Positions 1 to 8,600 of a DNA stretch of 24,580 nt are shown here, piece after piece. This DNA is from a virus (lineage: Duplodnaviria > Caudoviricetes). The first letter of the stretch is position 1. Every line of letters begins with the position of its first letter. The stretch covers positions 1-24,580 of the IMG/VR virus record IMGVR_UViG_3300034410_000508, one strand, 5' to 3'. The notes below the pieces were generated by a model that did no database searches, was not told the DNA's origin, and saw only the letters and a program-made list of their open reading frames with translations. The position numbers and the translations under genes were made by a program.

Positions 1-575
1 CCTCTGGTTGAAGTCTTGATGTCAATAATAGTGTAAGTTCCTGAGAGTTTATTGTAGAAAACTAAATCAATAAATCCTTTGAAGTAAACTCCTGGTTCTA
101 TCTCTTGAACAATATCAGTCTCAATACCTGCTAAGTAAGTATTCTTAGTTGAAAAATAAGAACTTCTCTTCTTCTGTAAATGATTCAAGATCTCTACTCC
201 ATCTAAAAAGAATTCATTTAGTTCATCTGCAGAAGTAAATACCTCTTTAGACTTCTTTCTCTCTTTAGCGTAAACCTCTCTCAACTTCAACTTCAACTCC
301 TCTCTAAGATTTCTCTCAGATCCAGCTTTAGCAGTTTCATTGTAAATAACATGCAACCAGTCCTGAATAACCTCGTGCATTGCTGTTCCAAATACTGTAT
401 GTACAGAAGGATTGTATTGTTGCAGTCTATCTATCTTAGCTAACTTCCACTGATGAGGACAAGCATCATACATCATCAACTGTGATGCTGATACATTCTT
501 CTCTCTACTGTAATCTATAGTATGTGGTTGGTGTTCTAAGACTAACTTTACCTCCTTGGGTAGTTTCTTAGGCAT
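1..575 (-). CDS. PD-(D/E)XK RecB/Cas4-like exonuclease (3' end runs off the window)
   Basis: Not in the ORF track. Hand translation from ATG 575 gives MPKKLPKEVKLV...SASQLMMYDACPHQW...FGTAMHEVIQ...GIETDI...FKGFIDLVFYNK...TIIDIKTSTR, open to the window edge. The SxS..CP, GtamH, GFID and DIKT motifs fit the PDDEXK_1 family. Confidence 0.88.
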   Translation of the reverse strand, partial: MPKKLPKEVKLVLEHQPHTIDYSREKNVSASQLMMYDACPHQWKLAKIDRLQQYNPSVHTVFGTAMHEVIQDWLHVIYNETAKAGSERNLREELKLKLREVYAKERKKSKEVFTSADELNEFFLDGVEILNHLQKKRSSYFSTKNTYLAGIETDIVQEIEPGVYFKGFIDLVFYNKLSGTYTIIDIKTSTR

Positions 576-578
576 AAC

Positions 579-938
579 TTATTCTTTCCATTGATCCTTC
601 TCAACTAACTGACAGATGATTGCATAGTTGCAAATATCTTGAAAGGTGTCTGATAAAGGTTCGTTATTGATTCCTCTGTCATTGATGATGAGGTTCTTCC
701 ATCTATTGATCTTATCGCTCATTCTATACCAAAGTCCTGTAAGAGCAAATTCCCTCTCCTCTTCAGTTCCAAGGCTAGTACCAGCAGTAATATTATGCAT
801 ACCGTAGTCAAGATGCTTTTTGCTAAATAACTCCAGCTGCTCTTCCACGATATCCATATAACCAGCATAAATAGTAGGATACTCTTTCTTAAGTATTTCG
901 GTAGCACTGAGGCCATACTTCACTGTTTCTTCTGACAT
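579..938 (-). CDS. DUF1599 / nucleotide-modification-associated domain 1 protein
   Basis: KKHLDYG...N, RMSDKINRWKNL and NEPLSDTFQDICNYAII match the DUF1599 pattern (K..DYG; R..DK..R; E...DT..D..NYA). Confidence 0.8.
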   Translation of the reverse strand: MSEETVKYGLSATEILKKEYPTIYAGYMDIVEEQLELFSKKHLDYGMHNITAGTSLGTEEEREFALTGLWYRMSDKINRWKNLIINDRGINNEPLSDTFQDICNYAIICQLVEKDQWKE

Positions 939-939
939 A

Positions 940-1239
940 TTAGTCGTTTAGTTGTTGTTTACCTTTCTTTGCAAATCCCTTTACAGTACTGTCTTCTCTA
1001 TCTAATCTATCTTCAATAGAATCTAATCTATCTACAATCTCTGATAAAATAGTATTGATGTCCTCTACAATAAGATTATCATTCTGTTCTAAAGCAGCAA
1101 TATGCTCAATAGATACATTATCTTTTCTATCTACTCTCCTTCTAAAACCTTTAGCTAATAAAATAGACGATAAGATAATAGGAGTAACAAGTAGAAAGAA
1201 AATAAATATTCCTGCTACTATTTCAAAAATATCTATCAT
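940..1239 (-). CDS. Membrane-anchored coiled-coil hypothetical protein
   Basis: N-terminal hydrophobic helix followed by a heptad-like acidic region. ATGA overlap with the upstream gene. Confidence 0.7.
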   Translation of the reverse strand: MIDIFEIVAGIFIFFLLVTPIILSSILLAKGFRRRVDRKDNVSIEHIAALEQNDNLIVEDINTILSEIVDRLDSIEDRLDREDSTVKGFAKKGKQQLND

Positions 1240-1460
1240 AAGTTCTCTGAGTTAGGGTAGTAACGGTGTAGGGTTTCTAATACATCATCAGCTTCTGCTA
1301 ATGCTTTGATTGCTTCTTCAGCATTGCTGTAAAAGTCTTCTGTAGAATGATCTCCAATACCTACTGGAGATTCTGTTAGTAACTCTAAAGTGAGTAATGC
1401 CTTTTCTCTGTCTGCCTTACTCTGTAGACGGAGCATCTCTATAACTCTGTACTTTGCCAT
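1236..1460 (-). CDS. Small helical-hairpin phage hypothetical protein
   Basis: 74 aa with a central PVGIGDHS motif that I recall from small marine-phage proteins (not verified). First gene behind the promoter at 1487-1518. Confidence 0.7.
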   Translation of the reverse strand: MAKYRVIEMLRLQSKADREKALLTLELLTESPVGIGDHSTEDFYSNAEEAIKALAEADDVLETLHRYYPNSENL

Positions 1461-1486
1461 ATAACTTTTTATCTTTAGTAATAACT

Positions 1487-1518
1487 ATAATATAAGAAAT
1501 AATCAGATGTTATCCAAC
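1487..1518 (-). promoter_or_regulatory. Bacteroidota-type (-33/-7) early/middle promoter
   Basis: Minus strand GTTG-GATAACATCTGATTATTTCT(20 nt)-TATATTAT; one of six similar copies. Confidence 0.7.
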
Positions 1519-2673
1519 TATTTCTATATCTTTTTTCAAAATCTTTTCTCTAACATCAGGTGAGTCTTCAAATATTACAGTCCACTTTTGACCTAAACTG
1601 TCTGGTGTCATTTTGATCTTCCTACCCTTATGATACATTCCTGGTGTTCTATGATCTACTTCCCAGTCCTCTTCTTCATAATGTTCTCCAGTGTTCCCAT
1701 TCTGACCAATAACATTCATCCTCTTCTCATACTCTTCCCACTCGTCTGGATCCATTACATATCCTGGTTCTGAATATTCTTCTTCTAAATCTTTATGTAC
1801 TTCTTTATCAACTTCTTCATACAAAGTAGTCTCCTTGATCTTCTCTCCATAGATGTTCTCTACAGGTTTTAGTTTTTCAAAAGCAAAGTTTGCTGCAATA
1901 ACTAAAGCAATAGCTAAAGGATCAAATACAAAGATAATAGTAAGTAAAAGATAGTTGATAATCCTATCCATCGGGATACCTGTTAAACCTGATAAGTATT
2001 TCAAAGGTCCTAACTCTCCAGCTACTTCTGAGGTTGTCTCTACCTCTACTATCTCTGTTTCTAAAGTGAATACATTTTCATTGATAACATCAATCCTATT
2101 GTTTAGTATCTCTTGTCTACTCAATGCTTGATCTAACTGTCTCTCAAATGTTCTCCTGTTAGAGGAAGAAGTGGTTGTGATGATCTGACCTGTTTCCTTA
2201 TCTCTGTACTGTATCTTATTGTTAGCAAGTCCCTCTCTAAGATCTGAAATAGAACTGTTGAGTTCATCTCTCTCTTGAACAAATCCTTCTAACTGTAGTT
2301 GGTAGTTATCTCTTTTAGTTTCTAATAAACTTATCTGAGCATCTACTGTCCCTGCTTTAGATGCAGTCTCTTGGTATGCTGCTGATAAGAATCCATAGAT
2401 ACCCATTGAGGTGATCAATACTAGTACAACTGCTGCAGTGGTTAGGTAATACTTTAGTAACTTAGGAATACTCTTCCTGTACTGATAGAGTAGAGATACA
2501 ATAACTAACTTGGAAATCTCTAAAGAGGTAGCCATAATAATAACCTCTAAAGATGCTCCAGCAAATAACTTACTCAGTCCACTAACAGAATAGAATGCTG
2601 CTGAAGCTGATACTGCTAAAGCTGAAAATGCTATAAGGAATGGGAATATTCTTTCTTGAAACTTCTTCCACAT
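1510..2673 (-). CDS. Multi-pass membrane protein with long coiled coil
   Basis: Three N-terminal TM helices, about 120 aa of coiled coil, a fourth TM (IIFVFDPLAIALVIAA) and an acidic tail. Confidence 0.8.
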   Translation of the reverse strand: MWKKFQERIFPFLIAFSALAVSASAAFYSVSGLSKLFAGASLEVIIMATSLEISKLVIVSLLYQYRKSIPKLLKYYLTTAAVVLVLITSMGIYGFLSAAYQETASKAGTVDAQISLLETKRDNYQLQLEGFVQERDELNSSISDLREGLANNKIQYRDKETGQIITTTSSSNRRTFERQLDQALSRQEILNNRIDVINENVFTLETEIVEVETTSEVAGELGPLKYLSGLTGIPMDRIINYLLLTIIFVFDPLAIALVIAANFAFEKLKPVENIYGEKIKETTLYEEVDKEVHKDLEEEYSEPGYVMDPDEWEEYEKRMNVIGQNGNTGEHYEEEDWEVDHRTPGMYHKGRKIKMTPDSLGQKWTVIFEDSPDVREKILKKDIEIVG

Positions 2674-2685
2674 AATACAAAAGTT

Positions 2686-3105
2686 TTATTTTCTAAAACC
2701 CTTATGATTGTCTATGCGGTCTAAGATTTGATTGAGCTCTTCCATCTTGATAAAACCTGCCATAGAAGCATTCTTCAGGGCACTTATTAGTTGTAGTATT
2801 ATGAAAGGTAAGATAATAGTTTCAGATAACCAACTGGTTCCTGCAAAACCTTTCTCTACCATCAATATTACTGTTAGGAATAAAACCCAGCCTATTGCTC
2901 TTTGTAATACTCTGACAGCTTTTCTGGTTTGGAATCCCTCTCTTCTGACACCAGCTATGATACCAAAGAAACCATCAATAAAAACTACTGCAATAAGGGC
3001 GAGGTATTGCTCTGCATTACCCATGTAAAGCTCTAAGAAATAAGAGCATAAAAAAGAAAGTGTCACTAAAGGAACAGATAAAAAGGTTAGGGTTGAAGTT
3101 TTCAT
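2686..3105 (-). CDS. Phage holin (Phage_holin_4_1-like)
   Basis: 3-4 TM helices, ID.FFG motif, S.LKNA..AG motif and charged C-terminus. ATGA-coupled to the endolysin. Confidence 0.75.
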   Translation of the reverse strand: MKTSTLTFLSVPLVTLSFLCSYFLELYMGNAEQYLALIAVVFIDGFFGIIAGVRREGFQTRKAVRVLQRAIGWVLFLTVILMVEKGFAGTSWLSETIILPFIILQLISALKNASMAGFIKMEELNQILDRIDNHKGFRK

Positions 3106-3572
3106 TCCGACCAGGTTTCGTAGTATGTCTTACCTTTAGAGTTTCTTTTAGCTGCTAAGATCTGACCTCTTTGCTCTCCGTCACTATTGTAAGAAACATG
3201 AACCCAGTCTGGTCTTGTATCAGTTCCAAACTCCCATATCATTTGATCAAAATCTACATTGTCTTTGATGAAGAAAAATACTTCTTCATTCTCTGGACCT
3301 CTTCTATGATCCATATCAATATCGATTGCTTCTCCTTTACTATGCTGAGATGTCTTTGAGCCTCCTATTGCTTCATTCAATGCATCACTTCTGTATCCTG
3401 AAGATACAAAAATAGGTACACCGAAATGTTCTCTAATAGGTTGGAATACATTCTCTGCTAATGCTTTGGCAGCTTCTAAATGTTTAGCAGTTGGAGTATT
3501 ATCTATTCCTCTTCTCTTAGCTGTTTGAGAGTGTGTAAACTCTCCTAAAGATAAATTCTTAGATAGCTTCAT
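3102..3572 (-). CDS. Endolysin, peptidase M15 (Zn D-Ala-D-Ala carboxypeptidase fold)
   Basis: SSGYRS..LN..IGGSKTSQH.KGEAIDI and WVHVSY supply the His/Asp/His zinc ligands of Peptidase_M15_3. Confidence 0.92.
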   Translation of the reverse strand: MKLSKNLSLGEFTHSQTAKRRGIDNTPTAKHLEAAKALAENVFQPIREHFGVPIFVSSGYRSDALNEAIGGSKTSQHSKGEAIDIDMDHRRGPENEEVFFFIKDNVDFDQMIWEFGTDTRPDWVHVSYNSDGEQRGQILAAKRNSKGKTYYETWSE

Positions 3573-3577
3573 AATTT

Positions 3578-3649
3578 CTATTTGTTACATTTGCAACATA
3601 AACAATCACAAGTTGTTCCACAGTTACATACTACACATTCACATTTCAT
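3578..3649 (-). CDS. Cys-rich metallothionein-like micropeptide MKCECVVCNCGTTCDCLCCKCNK
   Basis: Hand-translated 23-aa ORF with 9 Cys. It fills the gap exactly, starting 3 nt after the upstream stop and ending 5 nt before the endolysin ATG. Confidence 0.72.
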   Translation of the reverse strand: MKCECVVCNCGTTCDCLCCKCNK

Positions 3650-3652
3650 AAT

Positions 3653-3901
3653 CTACTTCTTTGCAAACTTCTCTATTCCAGCAATACCGAAACAGCCTAA
3701 AGTTATTATCACAAATGAGTTGTAAATAAACTCTTGCACTACTAAATCCTTACCCAGGTATCCTGTGATAAGGTCTGCTGCTGCGAAGATTACCATTACT
3801 GCAAATGATAGAAATCCTATTACATTTTTTTCGTTGACGTCATTATCGTCCTTGAACATATCCTTGAAAGCCATAATTCGTTTGTTTAGATACTTAAACA
3901 T
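3653..3901 (-). CDS. Small two-TM membrane protein (holin/antiholin-like)
   Basis: Two hydrophobic helices and a basic C-terminus EKFAKK. Alternative start at 3874 (MAFKD). First gene of the lysis cassette. Confidence 0.7.
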   Translation of the reverse strand: MFKYLNKRIMAFKDMFKDDNDVNEKNVIGFLSFAVMVIFAAADLITGYLGKDLVVQEFIYNSFVIITLGCFGIAGIEKFAKK

Positions 3902-3931
3902 ATTGCAACATTTTTAGTGAAACTTATTGAT

Positions 3932-3940
3932 AATAAATAG
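3932..3940 (-). promoter_or_regulatory. Putative phage late promoter CTATTTATT
   Basis: The identical 9-mer recurs between genes at 10299, 12139 and 18647, with a variant at 11045. Confidence 0.55.
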
Positions 3941-3968
3941 AAAGGAATAAGAGTGGAATAGAGATTTT

Positions 3969-4298
3969 TTAGAATCCACTCAGAATAAGTTCGTCAATGT
4001 ACTCTTGAACCTCTTCTTTAGTTGCAGCTAACTTAAAACTAAGATCTGCTTGATACCTTTTTGTCTCTTCATCGAACTGAAGAATAACAATAGTAGGAAC
4101 TACTACAATAGAATATCTCTTTTGAAGGTTTGCTTTCTTTGCAATATCAACAAACTCTAACTCACAATCAGAAAGATCCTCTATCCAAGGTACATTGTTG
4201 GTTTCGTTCCATCCTGCATTGAAATGAATAACCCTTACCTGTCCTTTTGCAAGGGTAGATAGTAATAGAAATGATATCAATAATAGAATCTTTTTCAT
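3969..4298 (-). CDS. Secreted thioredoxin-fold protein lacking CxxC
   Basis: Signal peptide; VIHFNAGW(NETN), FVDI, and YSIVVVPTIVI carrying the cis-Pro motif. Confidence 0.7.
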   Translation of the reverse strand: MKKILLLISFLLLSTLAKGQVRVIHFNAGWNETNNVPWIEDLSDCELEFVDIAKKANLQKRYSIVVVPTIVILQFDEETKRYQADLSFKLAATKEEVQEYIDELILSGF

Positions 4299-4303
4299 AA
4301 GCT

Positions 4304-4585
4304 TTACTTTAGGTCGTCTAACTTCTCTTCAATACGCTTTAGGTCTTCTTTGATCTCAGTTACATCTCCTTGAGTTGTCATAATAGTTTGACGAATCATC
4401 TGATCCTTCATGTCAAACTCCATCCTTGATACTTCAGGATCTGGTGGAACTGGTAGTTCTGCTGCTTCTTTTATGTCAGCTTGTAGAGTAAACCACATTC
4501 CAATAACTGTAGCTACGAAGAATAGGATAATACCTATTGTCTTTAGATCTAATGTGATCTGTGTTCCTTCGTCTAACTTTGCCAT
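4304..4585 (-). CDS. Single-TM protein with Pro linker and C-terminal coiled coil
   Basis: TM IGIILFFVATVIGMWF, linker LPVPPDPE, heptads EIKEDLKRIEEKLDDLK. Confidence 0.75.
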   Translation of the reverse strand: MAKLDEGTQITLDLKTIGIILFFVATVIGMWFTLQADIKEAAELPVPPDPEVSRMEFDMKDQMIRQTIMTTQGDVTEIKEDLKRIEEKLDDLK

Positions 4586-4588
4586 AAC

Positions 4589-5674
4589 TTATAAAATAAT
4601 AAAATTTATACCTGTTGAAAATTCGTACCAACTTCTATTCCAGTACTTATGATATCTTCCTTCTGCAAAGATACCTAACGATCTATTGAACCTGTATCCA
4701 AAGATCAAACCTCCTGAATAGTCTATCCACTGTCCGTTATTGAACTTATGATAACTGTAATCGTCGTCTGTGTCAATATGGTAAGGTAAAACATTTGCCC
4801 AGGAATGTAACCAGAACTTCTTAGAGTAATGATAGTAATCAAATCCTGCTACTAAAGAATATTCCCACTTATTAGGTAAAGCGTTTCTTTGATCTGCTGC
4901 ATACTGAGAGAGTATCTGAGGTACTACTACTTCTTCAAATACTGCAGTACTGTTTGCTACTATCTCACCATTAGGATTAGTGTACACATCTCCTAACCCT
5001 AACGTGTTCCAGTTGTACCCCATATCGGTAGCTATCTTCATCCAAGGAATACTTCCATCAGGTCTCATGACCTCTGCAAATGGATCAAATCCATAAGGTT
5101 CAGAAATACGTTGCATTGAACCTGCATTCAAAGAGAACTTCCTATTGAACTTCTGTCTGTATCTTTGTGAGGCTTCAAAGTAACCGATATCTGCAAACCC
5201 ATCTTCTAAGTACTCTACTTTTAGTACGTAGTAATCTGAGATGTATCTGACAAAATGATCTTGGTTTAGAAACTCTTTACCTTGCTGTCTTCTGTAATCA
5301 AATTCAAATAAGTACTCAAAACCTCTTGACTTACTTCCTAATGTTGCTGCATCAGAGAATGAGTTCTCAGTACCATTCTTGAATCTATTCTGAATATTTG
5401 GTTCATATCCAAATCTCTGAATCTTTCTAATACCAAATACTGCAGAGTAATCATAAGGAGTAACTGTAGTACTGGTTTCTAATCCATCTGTTACAGAATA
5501 AGTAGTGATATCTGAAATAGAATTGTTACCATTGTAAGCAGCATAGAAGGTAGAGAACTTGAGAGTTCTGTTTAGATTCTTCTGTACATTAGTCCATATC
5601 GGACTCTTCTCCTTCTCTACACTCTGACTGAGTAGAGTAAATGGTAAAACTAAAAGTAATAATAACTTCTTCAT
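4589..5674 (-). CDS. Predicted outer-membrane beta-barrel protein
   Basis: Signal peptide, many alternating aromatic/hydrophobic strands, and terminal strand WYEFSTGINFIIL. Confidence 0.7.
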   Translation of the reverse strand: MKKLLLLLVLPFTLLSQSVEKEKSPIWTNVQKNLNRTLKFSTFYAAYNGNNSISDITTYSVTDGLETSTTVTPYDYSAVFGIRKIQRFGYEPNIQNRFKNGTENSFSDAATLGSKSRGFEYLFEFDYRRQQGKEFLNQDHFVRYISDYYVLKVEYLEDGFADIGYFEASQRYRQKFNRKFSLNAGSMQRISEPYGFDPFAEVMRPDGSIPWMKIATDMGYNWNTLGLGDVYTNPNGEIVANSTAVFEEVVVPQILSQYAADQRNALPNKWEYSLVAGFDYYHYSKKFWLHSWANVLPYHIDTDDDYSYHKFNNGQWIDYSGGLIFGYRFNRSLGIFAEGRYHKYWNRSWYEFSTGINFIIL

Positions 5675-5675
5675 G

Positions 5676-8600
5676 TTAGTCTTCTTTTACGATTCTCTTA
5701 TTGAACACTTTCTCGTGATGTCTAATAGATAAGAAATACACTCCGTTAGGTAAAGTAGTAATATCTATTACCTCTTCATTTAGATCTTTGAGTACCTCTC
5801 TTCCAGTAAAATCAAATAAACTGTAAGTAATGTCTAAGGTGGTTCTGATGGTTAGATTCCCTGTTGTTGGATTAGGATAAACTACAATACTATTGAAAGT
5901 AAAGTCTTCTATGTCTAAGGTACCGCTTACGTTACCACAGTAGTCATACAACGCTTGACAGTCTGGATCCCAAGAGTTAGTACAACAGTATTCGTCTACA
6001 TCAATCACCCAAGCATAACATGGATCATTCAACCAATAAGGATTACCTGGTCCTGTAATACATCCTGCATCATAAACACAAGAACTATCTGATACATTTG
6101 CTCCGGGGTCGAAGTTGTGTGCTGCAGGGTCGATACATCCATAGATAGAAGGGATACAGGATCCATTATCTGTGTTTGCTAAAGGATCATAATTTACTGC
6201 TGTTGAGTCAGTACATCCGTAAATGAAAGGAATACAAGGGTTAGAAGGATCCGTTATTGATACTTGATTTACATTAGCAGTTGGATCATAATTGAATGAA
6301 TTAGGATCTGTACATCCATACACTTTAGGGATACAAGTTCCGTTATCTGTGTTTGCTAAAGGATTGTAGTTTAGTGCTGCTGTATCCGTACATCCGTAAA
6401 TAATAGGGATACAAGTACTATCATCAATGTTTGCTACTGGATTGTAGTTGATTGAATTTACATTAGTACATCCGTACACTTTAGGAATACAAGATCCATT
6501 ATCTGTATTTGCTAAAGGATTGTAGTTGAATGAAGTTGAATCAGTACAGCCATATAAAGTAGGAATACACGTTCCATTGTTTACATTGGCAGTAGAGTCG
6601 TAATTGAATGAAGTTGGATCCGTACAGCCGTAGATAAACGGAATACAAGAATTATCCGAAGTGTTCGCTAATGGACTGTAGTTGAATTGGGTTGAGTCTG
6701 TACACCCATAAATAAAGGGAATACAAGTTCCTGCTGTGTTAGCTGTAGAATCATAATTGTATTGAGTGCTGTCTAAACATCCTACAATAATAGGAATACA
6801 AGTTCCTGAAACATTAGCAGTCGAGTCGTAGTTGAAAGATAAAGGATTCATACATCCTACTATTACTGGGATACAAGAACTATCTAAAGTGTTTGCTAAA
6901 GGATCAAAGTTGAAGGCTGAAGTATCTGTACATCCAAATATCTTTTCAATACAAACATCACCAAATGTAGGTTGTGCAGTTGGAGATTGAATGATAGGGA
7001 ACTGTAAAGACTGTGCTCCCCAGTAAGGAACATCTACAATAGTATCGCCTTCAGGTCCGTATAACGTGTATGCAACTTGTGCAATAGAGTTCTGAGATTG
7101 AGGAGTAGTGTACAAGTATAACTCTATTGGTTCATAAATATTTAAAGGTACATCAAAAGTTAGATCAAAACCATCATTAGGTCCTATCTGATATTGAGGA
7201 GATAACCAATCACCTTGTTTGATACCTAACCAAGTTCCACCCCATCCATTTGCTTGACCATCATAAATCTTCAGAGTGTAATCACCAAAGATAACTTCAC
7301 TGGTGTTAGCATTTGGATCATAGTTGAAAGAGGTTGAATCTGTACATCCTACTATTCTCTGATCTCCACATAGAAGATTGTTTACTGAGGTATCAGGACT
7401 AGTTGCAGACCATTCACCAAAGGGATTATTAGGTGCTAGTTGATTATAAGAAGTACCACCTGGTACCCTGTATTCAAACTGTGCTCCGTAAGCTCCACCA
7501 TTGTTTTGAATTCTTATTTCAAATTCGTACCATGTAGCACTATCTAAGTAAACATTGGTTTTTGTATTCCAAGTATTGAATCCGTAATGTTTAGTGACGA
7601 TATCATTAGTGTAACCAAGACCCTTGATCATAAACTCGTGTGAGTCATCAGTTCTGGTTCTAAATGCGTAGTTTCCTGTTTCATTGGGTTTAAACCAACC
7701 TGTGTAAATGATTGCAAAACTTTCATTACCCCATCTAGGTGGATCCCATGATCCAATTCCTCTTGGACCTTGAAGACTTAAAATATCTACTGCTGTATCT
7801 AAATACAAGGTAGTTCCACTAGAGCTAAGGTTGACCATATTGTCAAACTCTGAATGAGTATTGGCATTACCACTGTAACCAGTTCCTGAAGTTCCATTTC
7901 CGTTATGTGTTTTTAGAGATCTTAGGTTTACTGTATTAGTTGGAGACCAAGGAGTAGCATCTACTGTTGCATTAGGATTGTAGTTTAGTGAGAAAGGATC
8001 AGTACAGCCTGGAATAGGTGCTGGTCCGCTCAAACAAACACTTCCTGTGTTGAACTGAGGAGATGTGTATTGGTATCCAAAGTTACTTGAAGCAACACTA
8101 TCTGCTAAACTAAATAACTTGTTTCCACTACAATCAAATACTTCTAAGTTACCATCAACTGTTCCTCCATATAAAGAACCGTTTAGACCGTCTCCATAAG
8201 TATCGTTGATTACAATATCAACTAAGATGTTAGTATCTACAGGAATGTAATAAGAGATTGGAATACCTGGAGTAGCTCCTGAGTAAGTGCCTTGTGTTTT
8301 GGTTTCAACTGCTCCATTATCATCATACAGAATCCAACTTGATTCACTTCCGTAGTTGTCAGGAGTAAATACTATTTCAAGATAAGTCTCTCCTGGAGCT
8401 AGAGTAGGTAAGTTACTTCCTTGACATTGACCGTCGCTAATAGTAGCCCAAGGATTAAACTCAGAAGAAGTACTATCAGTACATCCAATAACATCTGCAC
8501 AGTCTAAACACTTCTCCCAACAGTTAGTATCTAATACTACTGGTGCTCCATTTACCTCTAATACCCTGTTTGCAAAAGGTCCTACTGGGTCATATAGAAA

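Noticed and set aside
719-916. Alternative-frame minus ORF of 65 aa
   Set aside because: Fully nested in the DUF1599 gene with no independent support.
6072-6935. Periodic repeats of about 78 nt as a CRISPR array or DGR template/variable repeats
   Set aside because: They are in-frame protein repeats with synonymous divergence. There is no constant repeat with unique spacers, no adenine-specific variation and no reverse transcriptase in the window.
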